DNA of 64,000 bases from Deltaproteobacteria bacterium. Its GTDB lineage: Bacteria > Myxococcota_A > UBA9160 > SZUA-336. Each line of letters starts with the position of its first letter. Position 1 is the first letter of the stretch. The stretch is taken from the NCBI GenBank assembly GCA_031396695.1, contig JANNLG010000016.1, positions 54,494-118,493 of the forward strand, written 5' to 3'. Of the stretch, positions 39,260 to 49,281 are shown piece after piece. The notes below the pieces were generated by a model. The model had not been told where the DNA came from, did not search any database, and worked only from the letters and a program-made list of their open reading frames with translations. A program made the position numbers and the translations under genes.

Positions 39260-39754
39260 TTGAAACATGTAGTTGCTTTGGGTCTTTCGATTCTGCTCTT
39301 CGCTGAGAGCGCGCACGCGGTCGAAACCGCGGGAGACACCGCAGTCGAGATCAAGATCACGGCCGAGATAGAGGTCACGGTGAAGACCGCGGACGGGCGC
39401 GAGGAAGTGAAGCGCATGCCCGCGGCCAAGGTTCCGCCCGGCACGGCGGTGATCTACACGCTCAATGCGAAGAACACCAGTGCGGCGCCCGTGGCCGACG
39501 TGGTGATGACGGACCCGATCCCGGCCGAGATGGAGTACGTCGACGGCTCGGTCAGCGCCGCGGATGCGCGCGTCACGTTTTCCGTCGACGGCGGCAAGAG
39601 CTTCGCGACCAAGGAGTCCCTGAAGGTGAAGGGCGAGGACGGCGCGATGCGCGCGGCGCTCCCCGCCGACTTCACGCACATCCGTTGGCAGCTCGAGAAG
39701 CCGCTCGCGCCGGGCGAAGTCCGCGCGGTCAGCTTCCGTGCGCGCGTGGAGTGA
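39260..39754 (+). CDS. Small secreted DUF11-like protein
   Basis: Signal peptide MKHVVALGLSILLFAESAHA; PGTAVIYTLNAKNTS... single repeat domain. Confidence 0.55.
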   Translation: MKHVVALGLSILLFAESAHAVETAGDTAVEIKITAEIEVTVKTADGREEVKRMPAAKVPPGTAVIYTLNAKNTSAAPVADVVMTDPIPAEMEYVDGSVSAADARVTFSVDGGKSFATKESLKVKGEDGAMRAALPADFTHIRWQLEKPLAPGEVRAVSFRARVE

Positions 39755-39852
39755 TTGAGTGAGTTCCCCCCCCTGAAAAGGCGGAAGCGTCGGCACACGC
39801 TGCAGTGCCCGGTCGAGTTGAGTTGAGTTGGAAATACTGCAAGGAGAAGGCA

Positions 39853-40920
39853 ATGTTGAGGCATGACTTGAAACGATTGGCGAGTTCGCTCGCCGCCGCT
39901 GCGCTCTTGTGGAGCGCGGCGGACACCGCATCGGCCGTGGGCGCCGACGCGGGCATCACCGTCTCGAACACGGCATCGGTGGTCTACACCGTGAACGCCG
40001 TGCTTCAGCCGGCAGTGGCGAGCAACGCGGCCGACTTCGTCGTCGACCGCCTGGTCGATCTGACGGTGACGGCGATCGGGGTGACCTACACCTCCGTGAC
40101 GCCGGCGACGAACGGGGCGTTCCTGTTCTCGGTCGCAAACATCAGCAACGCCACCCTCGGGTTCAACCTGAGCGCGGCCAACAACGCGACGGATCCGTTC
40201 GGCGGCACCGACAACTTCGACCCGACTACGCTCACGGCGGTCGTCGATACGGGTGTCATCGGAACCTACGAGCCGGGCACCGACGTGGCGACCACGATGG
40301 ACACGGTCGCCGAGGACGGAACCTTCGGCGTGTGGATCGTCGCGGCGATCCCGGGCGGTCAGGGCAACCTCGACATCGCGGCGGTCACGCTGACCGCGAC
40401 GGCGCGCGAGCCGGGTATCGGCGGCGCGGCGCTCACCGAGGAAGTCAACCCGGAGAACCCGCTGGTCATGGAGACCGTGTTCGGCGACGGCGCGGGTGAC
40501 ACCGACGCGGTGCAGGACGCGGCCTTCTCGGACAGCGGCGCCTATCAGGTGGCTTCTGCGGACGTCACGATCACCAAGACCGAGACGCTGCTCAGCGACC
40601 CGATCAACGGTGCCGCGCCGAACGCACGCCACATTCCGGGTGCACTCGTCGAGTACGTGGTGACGGTCACCAACGACGCGGGCTCCGCGTTCCCCGCGAC
40701 CACGCTCACCATCAGCGACGTGCTGCCGGGTGACGTCACGTTCGCGCCGGATACGTACGGGATTGGCTCGGGCATCGACCTCGACGGCGCGCCGCAGACC
40801 AACGCGGCGGACTCGCCGACCGACGAGAGCTCGTTCGCAGCCGGAACGGTGACCGTGACCGTGCCGTCACTCGCAGCGGGCGCCTCTGCGGTCATCACCT
40901 TCCAGGTGACGGTGAACTAG
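39853..40920 (+). CDS. Secreted DUF11 repeat protein
   Basis: ATG 39853 preceded by AAGGAGAAGG; signal peptide LAAAALLWSAADTASA; GITVSNTASVVYTV motif; paralogous to 38259..39248. Confidence 0.55.
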   Translation: MLRHDLKRLASSLAAAALLWSAADTASAVGADAGITVSNTASVVYTVNAVLQPAVASNAADFVVDRLVDLTVTAIGVTYTSVTPATNGAFLFSVANISNATLGFNLSAANNATDPFGGTDNFDPTTLTAVVDTGVIGTYEPGTDVATTMDTVAEDGTFGVWIVAAIPGGQGNLDIAAVTLTATAREPGIGGAALTEEVNPENPLVMETVFGDGAGDTDAVQDAAFSDSGAYQVASADVTITKTETLLSDPINGAAPNARHIPGALVEYVVTVTNDAGSAFPATTLTISDVLPGDVTFAPDTYGIGSGIDLDGAPQTNAADSPTDESSFAAGTVTVTVPSLAAGASAVITFQVTVN

Positions 40921-41138
40921 CCACCGGCTAGCTCTCGATGGTGAGCCCCCTCCCCCCAGTGCCGCGGCACGTCGAGTGCCCGCGCGCCGGCCTACATGGC
41001 GGCGCGACGGGAGACTTGCGTTCGCGCACCGGGAACGGGCGCTCACCGGACCGCGACCATGCGGTTCGCACGTTGTGCCTCAACGAACCGGCTGCGACGG
41101 GAAAGCCCCGCCGCAGCCGGTTCCGCGAGGCGCTGGTG

Positions 41139-44100
41139 ATGCTCGCGCTCACCGTGCTTCTGTTTCCGTTCAGCGCACGCGCGCAGACACCCGCGGGCAC
41201 GCCGATCCCGAACACGGGCTACGCGACCTACGACATCGGCGCCACCACCGGAATCGTCCGGCCGTCGAACACGCTGGTCATCACGACCGCCGCGTTCGGA
41301 ACCAGTTCGAGCCTGGAGTTCATGCGCTATGCGCCCGGCGCTCCCGGCTCGATCACCTACGCCGTCTCGCCCACGCAGTGCTTCACGGGCGGATCGTTCA
41401 GCGCCCTGCCCGCGCCCACCGCGTACGGCGGCGGCGTGATCAACCTGGCCAACGTCGAGCTCGAGCTCACGTCGAGCTACCACCCGGGTGAGCCGGTCTT
41501 CGTGCGGCTGGTCGACGCGGATCAGAACCTGAATCCCGCGCTCGCCGAATCGATCCTGGTCACGCTCGCGACACCGAGCGTCGCGGACGTCGAGCAGCTG
41601 CAGCTCTTCGAGACTGGCGTGAACACGGGCATCTTCGTCGGCTACGTGCCCACGGCGGCGCCACCGGCGCCGGCGAACGACTGCGTGCTCGCCGCTCCGT
41701 CGGGTCAGACCGTCACCGGCAGCTACACCGATGCGAGTAACGCCGCGGACACCGATACCGACAGCGCGCTGATCGACCCCGAGAGCCGGGTCTTCGACAG
41801 CACGAACGGCTCGCCGGTCGACGGCGCGACCGTGACCCTGATCGACGACGCCACCGGACTGCCCGCTGCGGGCATCCTCGGCGACGACGGTCTCTCCGCC
41901 TTCCCCGCCACGCTCACCAGCGGCGGCTCGGTCACCGATGGCGGCGGGCAGATCTACAACTTCGGCCCGGGCGGCTACCGCTACCCGGTCGTTCCCGCGG
42001 GCAGCTATCGACTGCAGGTGACGCCGCCCGCCGCGTACACGTTCCCGAGCGGTGTGGCCGACGCCACGCTGCAGACCTTGCCCGGCGCACCGTTCGCGCT
42101 CGCGCTCGGCTCGCGCGGCGAAGTCTTCGCCGTGCCGGTCGGTCCGACCTTCCAGCTCGATCTGCCGGTCGACACCGCGTCGGGCTTCGGCTTCATCTCG
42201 ATCGACGCCAGCCGCGACGTGGTCTCGCTCGGCGAGCACTTCCAGTTCGACGTGCGCGTCGAAAACCCGGGCGTGCTCGGAGCGCCGCTCGGCGTCGACG
42301 TGACCGTCGTATTGCCGCTCGGCATCCGCTTCCTGCCCGGCAGCGTGCGCATCGACGACGGCAAGCAGCCCGATCCGGTGATCTCGCCGGACGGCCGCAC
42401 CCTGACCTGGACGCTACCCGCGAGCGCGCTCCCCGTCGTGACACACATCCGGTTCACCGTGAAGGTCGGGCCGAGCGCCGAGATCGGCCTCACGCGCACC
42501 ACCGCGCGCGCGCAGGCGCTGGGCGGAACGAGCACCGAGGACGCCGTCGCCACGGTGCGGGTCGTCGAGGACCTGGGCGCGAACAACTCCTACATCCTCG
42601 GCCGCGTTTCCGAGGGCGCCTGCGACACCGACGACTTCGGCGGCAAGGGCGTTTCGGGCGTGCGGGTGTACCTCGAGGACGGCTCGTTCTCGATCAGCGA
42701 CTCGAACGGCTACTACCACTTCGCCGGCGTCGTTCCCGGCGCGCACGTGGTGCAGATGGACGTGCAGAGCCTGCCCGGCTTCTACGAGCCGCTGCCGTGC
42801 GCGAAGGACGAAGGCCAGGCCTTCGCCGGCCGGCCGTTCTCGCAGTTCGTCGAGATGCAGGGCGGAACGATGTGGCGCAGCGACTTCCGTGTGCAGATGC
42901 GCGCGCGCGCGCAGGGCGGCATCAGCCAGCGGCTCGAGAGCCAGCTCGTCGGCGACACCATCCACTATCAGCTCGCGCTGCGCGGCAACGGCGTGGCCGT
43001 GCGCAATGCGCGTGCGATGGTGATGCTGCCCGAGGGCGTCCAGTTCGTGCCCGGCAGCACGCGCGACGCGGGCGCGCCGATGGCGGATCCCGAGTTCAAG
43101 GACGGCGTGCTCGTCTACCGGCTCGGCGAACACACCGAAGACAACTGGACGCTGGATCTCACGTTCGATGCGAAGCCCACGGGCCCGAGCGAGCGCCAGC
43201 TCGAGACGTCGTCCGTGGTGATGTTCGAGACGCCGGTCGAGAAGATCGGCAGGACGCCCGTCGCGAAGACGTTCCTTTCCGGCGAGTCGAGCTCGGGCAG
43301 CGGCATCCAGGTGGTCGAGACGCTCGGCCTGCGGCCGGGTGAGGATTGGAACTCGGTCACGACGCCCGCACCCGACGTCACGCCCGTGAAGCCCAGGGTG
43401 TTCAACAAGGCCTGGCTCGAGCAGGCGCAGCCGGGCTTTGCGTGGCTGTCGCCCGAGCCGGGCTTCGCCGCCGCGATCGCGAGCGTGAACATCGCCATTC
43501 AGCACGCGCCCGGCACCACACTCGAGCTGACGCAAAACGGCGTCGCGGTGCCCAAGTTCAACTTCGAGGGCGAGTTCTCCAACAACGCCAAGACCGTCTC
43601 GCTGTCGCGCTGGCGCGGCGTGGATCTGGTCGACGGCGAGAACGCCTTCGTGGTGCGCGCGCTCGACGCGCAGGGCAACGAAGTCGAGCGCTTCGAGCGC
43701 GGGCTTCACTTCGCCGGTCCGCCGTTCCGTGCCGAGCTCGTGCCCGAGCTCTCCAAGCTGGTGGCCGATGGCACCACGCCGCCGGTGATCGCCGTGCGCT
43801 TCACCGACGAGGACGACAAGCCCGCGCGCGAAGGACAGGTCGGCACGTTCCAGGTCGAGGCACCGTACCGCCCGAACCTCGAGCCCGCGCTGCGCGAGCT
43901 GAAGCGTCAGGCGGGCCAGCCGCCCGAGTTGCCGAGCTACGCGATCGGTCAGGACGGCATCGCGCTGATCGAGCTCGCGCCCACCACCACTTCCGGACGC
44001 GTGAACCTCCGCTTCGCGCTGGCCGGCAACCACGAGAAGAAGCTCCACCCCTGGCTCGAGGCGACCGCGCGCGAGTGGGTGCTGGTCGGCCTGACCGGTG

Positions 44101-46640
44101 GCACGCTCATGTACGACTCGGTCTCGGAGCACAGCGAGAGTCTCGTGCCGGGCGGCGTCGAGGACGGCTACGACCTCGACCGCGGCACCACCGTGTTCGC
44201 CAAGGGCCGCGTGAAGGGCTCGTGGCTGCTCACCGCCGCCTACGATTCGCGCCGCGAGTCGTACGAGTCGTCGAACGACATCGACCGCGCCGCGCTCGAA
44301 GGCGGTCTCGATCCGAACCAGTACTACACACTGTACGGTGACGAGACCACGCAGGGTTTCGAAGCGCCGAGCCAGCGCAAGCTGTACGTGAAGCTCGAGC
44401 GCAAGCAGTTCTACGCGCTGTTCGGCGACTTCCAGACCGGCCTCACGGTCACCGAACTGTCGCGCTACAACCGCAGCCTGAACGGTTTCCACACCGAGTA
44501 CGACGGCGACTACGTGAGCTTGAACGCGTTCGGCACCGACACCAGCCAGGCCTTCGTGCAGGACGAGATCCGCGGCGACGGCACGTCGGGCCTGTACCGG
44601 CTCTCGCGCCGCGAGATCGTGCTTAACAGCGAGACGGTATCGATCGAGATCCGCAATCGCTTCCACGGCGAGCAGGTGATCTCGACCGAGAACCAGGTGC
44701 GCTGGGTCGACTACAACATCGACTACAGCTCGGGCACGATCTTCTTCAAGCGGCCGATCCCGAGTACGGGCGAGGGCTTCAACCCCGTCTTCATCGTGGT
44801 GGAGTACGAGGCCGACGACGACTCGGACGAGGAGATCAACGGCGGCGGACGCGCGGCCGTGAAGCTGTTCGACGACAACGTCGAGCTCGGCACCTCGCTG
44901 ATCCACGAGGGCACGGTCGGGCAGACCTCGAGCCTGTACGGCAGCGATCTGCGCATCGACCTCGACGCCTCCACCAGCCTGCGCGGCGAGTACGCGATGA
45001 CGCGCTCGGCGCTGCTCGACTCGGACCTGGATCCAAACGGTGGCGCGTGGCTCGCGGAGCTTTCGCGCCGCGATCGCGATCTCGACTCGCGCGTGTACTG
45101 GCGCGAGCAGCGGCCGGGCTTCGGGCTCGGCCAGCAGAGCGCGAGCGAAACGAACATGCAGCAACTCGGCCTGGACGCGCGCTATCGCCTCTCCGACTCG
45201 CTCTCGCTCTCGGGCGAGGCGTTCCGCCAGGTCGACAGCGCCTCCGACGCGCGCCGCGATCTGTTCCAGGGCCGCGTCGATCACCACGAGGGACCGGTCA
45301 GCGCCTACGGCGGCCTGCGCTTCGCGCACGACGTGTTCTCGGACGGTGAGGACGCGTCGTCGCCGCAGGCGCTCGGCGGGGGCAGCTACACCCTGTACCA
45401 GAACCGACTGAAGCTGCGCGCCGACACGGAAGTGACGCTCTCGGGCGACGAGAGCCTCGACTTCCCGACGCGCTTCCTGGTCGGCGCGGACTTCGAGCTG
45501 CTGCCCGAGCTGACCGTGTTCGGCGAGGAGGAGTTCACGCTCGCCAGCGAGCGCAGCACCGCTTCCACGCGCGTGGGCTTGCGCACGAGCCCGTGGTCCG
45601 GCGGCCAGGCCACCGCGGCGATCGGCCAGCGCAGTCAGCAAGACAGCGCGCGCCTGTTCGGCACGCTCGGCCTGTTGCAGACCTATCAGCTCAGCGACGC
45701 GCTTTCGTTCGACTTCGCGGTCGACAACTCCGTGACACTCTCCGGTGACGACACGGCCGCGACCTCGATCTCGCCGTTCGCGCCCAACCAGCCGGTGAAC
45801 TTCGGCCTGGCCGGCAACGCGCAGGGCGACGACTTCACCTCGGTCTCCGTGGGCACCACCTACGCACAGGAGCTGTGGGCCGCGAACCTGCGCCTGGAGA
45901 CGCGGATCGGCAACGTGCAGGACAAGTGGAGCATCACCGCGGGCGCCTACCGCGAGCTCGCCGAGGGCATCGGCGTGGCCGTGCGCGCCGAATTCTTCGA
46001 CGCCAGCGGCTCGAGCTCCTCGCTCACCACCGGACCGGACGCGACCTCCGGCCCGGTCTACAGCTCCGACGGCAGCTTGCGCCCGAACACCGCCTACGAC
46101 GGCATCGAGTCGCTCGGCAAGCTGCGCGTGTCGGCGGTGTACCGTCCGATCGGCGGCCGCTACACGCTGCTCGAGTCACTCGAGCTGCGCAACGAGCGCC
46201 TGGACGACGCCGTCTTCCAGAGCAGCGCCACGCGCATCGTCAACAACATGAACCTGAACATCAAGCTCGATCGCAAGACGCAGGCTTCGCTGCAGTACGG
46301 CGCGAAGTACCTGCTCGAAGAGATCGACGGCGAGAACCTGCGCGGCTACACCGACGTGACGGGCCTCGAGCTGCGCCGCGCTCTGTGGGGGAGCTGGGAC
46401 GTCGGCGGCCGCGTGGGCATGCGCCACTCCTGGAGCGACGCCAACATCCAGGAGCTGTACGGCGTGTCGCTCGGATACATCCTGATGAAGAACATGTGGG
46501 TGAGCGCGGGCTACAACTGGGAAGGCTACCGAGACTCGGACTTCTCGGAAGGCGAGTGGACGAGCCGCGGGCCGTACATCTCGTTCCGGTACAAGTTCGA
46601 TCAGGAGACGGTGAAGGAGCTGCTCGACTGGGCGGAATAG
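41139..46640 (+). CDS. Giant (1834 aa) surface protein: signal peptide, DUF11-like repeats, carboxypeptidase-regulatory/SdrD-B-like segment, large C-terminal beta-rich domain
   Basis: Start taken at the ATG giving MLALTVLLFPFSARAQTP; upstream in-frame codons from 40938 lack signal character. Contains GTPIPNTGYATYDIGA DUF11 motif and SDSNGYYHFAGVVPG (CarboxypepD_reg-like). The C-terminal ~900 aa is Tyr/Gly/Ser/Asp-rich with alternating hydrophobics, consistent with a beta-barrel or beta-sandwich. Confidence 0.6.
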   Translation: MLALTVLLFPFSARAQTPAGTPIPNTGYATYDIGATTGIVRPSNTLVITTAAFGTSSSLEFMRYAPGAPGSITYAVSPTQCFTGGSFSALPAPTAYGGGVINLANVELELTSSYHPGEPVFVRLVDADQNLNPALAESILVTLATPSVADVEQLQLFETGVNTGIFVGYVPTAAPPAPANDCVLAAPSGQTVTGSYTDASNAADTDTDSALIDPESRVFDSTNGSPVDGATVTLIDDATGLPAAGILGDDGLSAFPATLTSGGSVTDGGGQIYNFGPGGYRYPVVPAGSYRLQVTPPAAYTFPSGVADATLQTLPGAPFALALGSRGEVFAVPVGPTFQLDLPVDTASGFGFISIDASRDVVSLGEHFQFDVRVENPGVLGAPLGVDVTVVLPLGIRFLPGSVRIDDGKQPDPVISPDGRTLTWTLPASALPVVTHIRFTVKVGPSAEIGLTRTTARAQALGGTSTEDAVATVRVVEDLGANNSYILGRVSEGACDTDDFGGKGVSGVRVYLEDGSFSISDSNGYYHFAGVVPGAHVVQMDVQSLPGFYEPLPCAKDEGQAFAGRPFSQFVEMQGGTMWRSDFRVQMRARAQGGISQRLESQLVGDTIHYQLALRGNGVAVRNARAMVMLPEGVQFVPGSTRDAGAPMADPEFKDGVLVYRLGEHTEDNWTLDLTFDAKPTGPSERQLETSSVVMFETPVEKIGRTPVAKTFLSGESSSGSGIQVVETLGLRPGEDWNSVTTPAPDVTPVKPRVFNKAWLEQAQPGFAWLSPEPGFAAAIASVNIAIQHAPGTTLELTQNGVAVPKFNFEGEFSNNAKTVSLSRWRGVDLVDGENAFVVRALDAQGNEVERFERGLHFAGPPFRAELVPELSKLVADGTTPPVIAVRFTDEDDKPAREGQVGTFQVEAPYRPNLEPALRELKRQAGQPPELPSYAIGQDGIALIELAPTTTSGRVNLRFALAGNHEKKLHPWLEATAREWVLVGLTGGTLMYDSVSEHSESLVPGGVEDGYDLDRGTTVFAKGRVKGSWLLTAAYDSRRESYESSNDIDRAALEGGLDPNQYYTLYGDETTQGFEAPSQRKLYVKLERKQFYALFGDFQTGLTVTELSRYNRSLNGFHTEYDGDYVSLNAFGTDTSQAFVQDEIRGDGTSGLYRLSRREIVLNSETVSIEIRNRFHGEQVISTENQVRWVDYNIDYSSGTIFFKRPIPSTGEGFNPVFIVVEYEADDDSDEEINGGGRAAVKLFDDNVELGTSLIHEGTVGQTSSLYGSDLRIDLDASTSLRGEYAMTRSALLDSDLDPNGGAWLAELSRRDRDLDSRVYWREQRPGFGLGQQSASETNMQQLGLDARYRLSDSLSLSGEAFRQVDSASDARRDLFQGRVDHHEGPVSAYGGLRFAHDVFSDGEDASSPQALGGGSYTLYQNRLKLRADTEVTLSGDESLDFPTRFLVGADFELLPELTVFGEEEFTLASERSTASTRVGLRTSPWSGGQATAAIGQRSQQDSARLFGTLGLLQTYQLSDALSFDFAVDNSVTLSGDDTAATSISPFAPNQPVNFGLAGNAQGDDFTSVSVGTTYAQELWAANLRLETRIGNVQDKWSITAGAYRELAEGIGVAVRAEFFDASGSSSSLTTGPDATSGPVYSSDGSLRPNTAYDGIESLGKLRVSAVYRPIGGRYTLLESLELRNERLDDAVFQSSATRIVNNMNLNIKLDRKTQASLQYGAKYLLEEIDGENLRGYTDVTGLELRRALWGSWDVGGRVGMRHSWSDANIQELYGVSLGYILMKNMWVSAGYNWEGYRDSDFSEGEWTSRGPYISFRYKFDQETVKELLDWAE

Positions 46641-46665
46641 CTCGCGTTCGCGAAGCGAACGCGAG

Positions 46666-48018
46666 CTAGTGGCCTCGCAGGCTGGATTGGGAGATCTGGC
46701 GCGCGAGCTTCTTCTCGTCGGTCGGGATGGATACCGCGTTCCACTGCTCGCTGCGTACGGAGTCCTGGTTGCTCCAGTCGATCAGTGCGCTGCCGACGCC
46801 GTCGATCACGCGGACCGGGCGCGTCGGGTCGTCGGCCCAACGGGGATAGTCCTCGCGGTCTTCGCTCCAGCGTCCGACGAAGTAGCCGAGTCCGCCTTGC
46901 GTCGAGCCGTCGCGGTAGGCGGCGTAGTAGAGCGGGAAGAGCGTCTGCAGGTCCAGGTACCAGACGTAGCGGCGTACGCCGTCGCCGAACGAGCCTTGCT
47001 TCAGGCGTCCTTCGATCACGAGCGCACGGCGTAGCTCCCAGCGGTCGTTCGCGAACGACACGCCCGCGGGACCGAAGCCGCGCGACTTGTCCTCGGGGTA
47101 GATCGGCGCGCGCGCGTTGATCGGCGCGAGCACGTCGCGCACGCCGACGAGCCTCCAGTCATGGAGCTGCGGTGACTCGCCGTGCAAGAACAGGCCGTCG
47201 CCGATGCTCGCGTCCACGAGACAGCCGGTGAGCGGCGACTCGGAGTCGGGAGCGGTCGCCCGACTCACCTTGCGCGCGGCTCCGTTCCAGACGAAGAAAT
47301 CCGGCAGCCGGTTGCCACTGTCGTACTGCCGGAAGGCGCACTCTCCGCCGGTGTCCAGGTTGCGCGACGCGCCGCCCGCCGCCCACAGCGCGCGGGTCGA
47401 GGACGGAAAGCGGAAGTCCTCGCTCTCGCGATCCGCGCGCCCAACGAGCGGCACGAAGAAGTAGTCGCCGGTGAATCGCTGCTGCAGATCCTTCGCGAGC
47501 AGGCTGATCCGATACTCGCCGAAGCTGCCGCCCGCCTGGTAGCGCGAGACCCAGTTCCACGCCCAGCGCAGCGCAGCCTGTGGATCGTTCGGATCGATCG
47601 AGTCGGGCGCGAACGGCAGACCCGCGCGGTGGTTCTCGAGCTCGCCCTCGGGCGTGAGCCGCGCCTCGCCGCGGAAACGCTCCGTCACCTTCGCGAAGAA
47701 CTCCGGCGGCGCGTAGTCGCGATAGCACGGGCCGATCTCCAGATGCATCCCGTCGTAGAAGAAGCGCTCGCGGTTGGCCCACAGCTCCTCGGGCACGTAG
47801 CCCTGCAGCGCTTCGGTCTTCTTCTCGTCGAGCACCTCGCCCACGCGAAACGGCGGCGGCACCGCGTCCGCGCCGGGACGCACGAGCGCGCCGGTGGTCT
47901 CACACGACCCCTCCGCGGGAATCGCCCATGGATCGGCCGGCTCGGCCGCGATCGACCCGGCCGAAGAGACGAGCGCGATCCAACACACGAGCGTCGCTCC
48001 GCGCCTGCATTCGAGCAT
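46666..48018 (-). CDS. Secreted hypothetical protein (possibly DUF1329/LolA-like)
   Basis: ATG 48018 with GGAGG RBS; signal peptide TLVCWIALVSSAGSIAA; 450 aa. Family assignment is uncertain. The rest of the 46666..48582 ORF is shadow. Confidence 0.5.
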   Translation of the reverse strand: MLECRRGATLVCWIALVSSAGSIAAEPADPWAIPAEGSCETTGALVRPGADAVPPPFRVGEVLDEKKTEALQGYVPEELWANRERFFYDGMHLEIGPCYRDYAPPEFFAKVTERFRGEARLTPEGELENHRAGLPFAPDSIDPNDPQAALRWAWNWVSRYQAGGSFGEYRISLLAKDLQQRFTGDYFFVPLVGRADRESEDFRFPSSTRALWAAGGASRNLDTGGECAFRQYDSGNRLPDFFVWNGAARKVSRATAPDSESPLTGCLVDASIGDGLFLHGESPQLHDWRLVGVRDVLAPINARAPIYPEDKSRGFGPAGVSFANDRWELRRALVIEGRLKQGSFGDGVRRYVWYLDLQTLFPLYYAAYRDGSTQGGLGYFVGRWSEDREDYPRWADDPTRPVRVIDGVGSALIDWSNQDSVRSEQWNAVSIPTDEKKLARQISQSSLRGH

Positions 48019-48066
48019 CGAGCCCTCCTCGTGCGGGGACGATAGCGGGCGGGATACGATGCGGTC

Positions 48067-49281
48067 ATGACGACACCCTCCGATCCGTTTCTCGGCGCGA
48101 ACCCGCTCGATCCCGCGTTCCGCGCCGATCCGCACCCGGCGCTGAAGCGCCTGCGCGAGACCCACCCCGTACACGAGACGGTGATCGGGCTGTGGCGGCT
48201 CTCGCGCTACGCGGACTGCGTTCGGCTGCTGCGCGACGCGCCGACGGGCGTGCGCCTCTCCGACGGCACGCGGCCGGGGCAGGACCGCATCCCCGCCGCG
48301 CTCGGCTCGTTCGGGCAATTCATGCTGCAGCAGGATCCGCCCGCGCACACGCGCCTGCGGCGGCTGGTGTCGAAGGCGTTCACGCCGCGCGCGATCGAGC
48401 GCCTGCGCGCGCACGTGCAGAAGCTCGCCGACTCGCTCGTCGAGCGCGCGCTCGAGCGCGGCGAACTCGACGCGATCGCCGATCTCGCGCTGCCCGTTCC
48501 GTCGACCGTGATCTGCGAGATGATGGGCGTCCCGCTCGCCGACCGCGAGCGCTTCACGCAGTGGACCGCGCACTCGACCCACCTGCTGGCCGCGTTCGCC
48601 GCGCCACCCGACGTGCTCGAGCGCGGCGTCGCCGCCTCGCAGGCGCTCGCGAGCTACTTCGAGGCGCTGATCGCGGAGCGCCGCAAGTCACTCGGCGACG
48701 ATCTGCTCTCGAACTTGATCCGCGCCGAGGAGGCCGGGGATCGGCTGTCGCCGCAAGAGCTGCTCTCGCAGTCGATCGGCCTGTTGATCGCGGGCTTCGA
48801 GACCACGATCGGCCTGATCGGGAACGGCCTGCTCCAGCTCCTGCGCCACCCCGCCGAGCTCGCCAAGCTGCGCGCGAACCCGGGCCTGATCGGATCCACC
48901 GTCGAGGAATGCCTGCGCTTCGACGGCCCGATCCTGCTCACCGTGCGCATCACCCAAGACGAAGTTCGCTTCGGCGAGCAGGTGATCCCGAAGGACCGCA
49001 TGGTGATGGCGCTGCTCGCCGCAGCGAATCGCGATCCCGAGGTGTTCCCCGACCCCGAGCGCTTCGACATCGAGCGCACGCCCAACGAGCACATGGCCTT
49101 CGGCGGCGGCACTCACTTCTGCCTGGGCGCGCACCTGGCGCGCATGGAGGCGCAGGCCGCGATTGGCGCGCTGGTGCGCCGCTCGTCGAAGCTCGAGCTC
49201 GTGTCGGACCAGCTCGAGTGGGGTCAGTCGCTGTTCCGCGTGCTCGGCAAGCTGCCGCTGCGGGTCACGCCGGCGCGCTGA
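48067..49281 (+). CDS. Cytochrome P450
   Basis: Heme-binding loop FGGGTHFCLGAHLAR, EXXR (ECLRFDGP), I-helix AGFETT. Confidence 0.85.
   Translation: MTTPSDPFLGANPLDPAFRADPHPALKRLRETHPVHETVIGLWRLSRYADCVRLLRDAPTGVRLSDGTRPGQDRIPAALGSFGQFMLQQDPPAHTRLRRLVSKAFTPRAIERLRAHVQKLADSLVERALERGELDAIADLALPVPSTVICEMMGVPLADRERFTQWTAHSTHLLAAFAAPPDVLERGVAASQALASYFEALIAERRKSLGDDLLSNLIRAEEAGDRLSPQELLSQSIGLLIAGFETTIGLIGNGLLQLLRHPAELAKLRANPGLIGSTVEECLRFDGPILLTVRITQDEVRFGEQVIPKDRMVMALLAAANRDPEVFPDPERFDIERTPNEHMAFGGGTHFCLGAHLARMEAQAAIGALVRRSSKLELVSDQLEWGQSLFRVLGKLPLRVTPAR

Noticed and set aside
42414-45641. 1075-aa minus-strand ORF
   Set aside because: Antisense shadow of the giant surface-protein gene. The forward frame has signal peptide, repeats and coherent composition; the reverse is Arg/Ala-rich.
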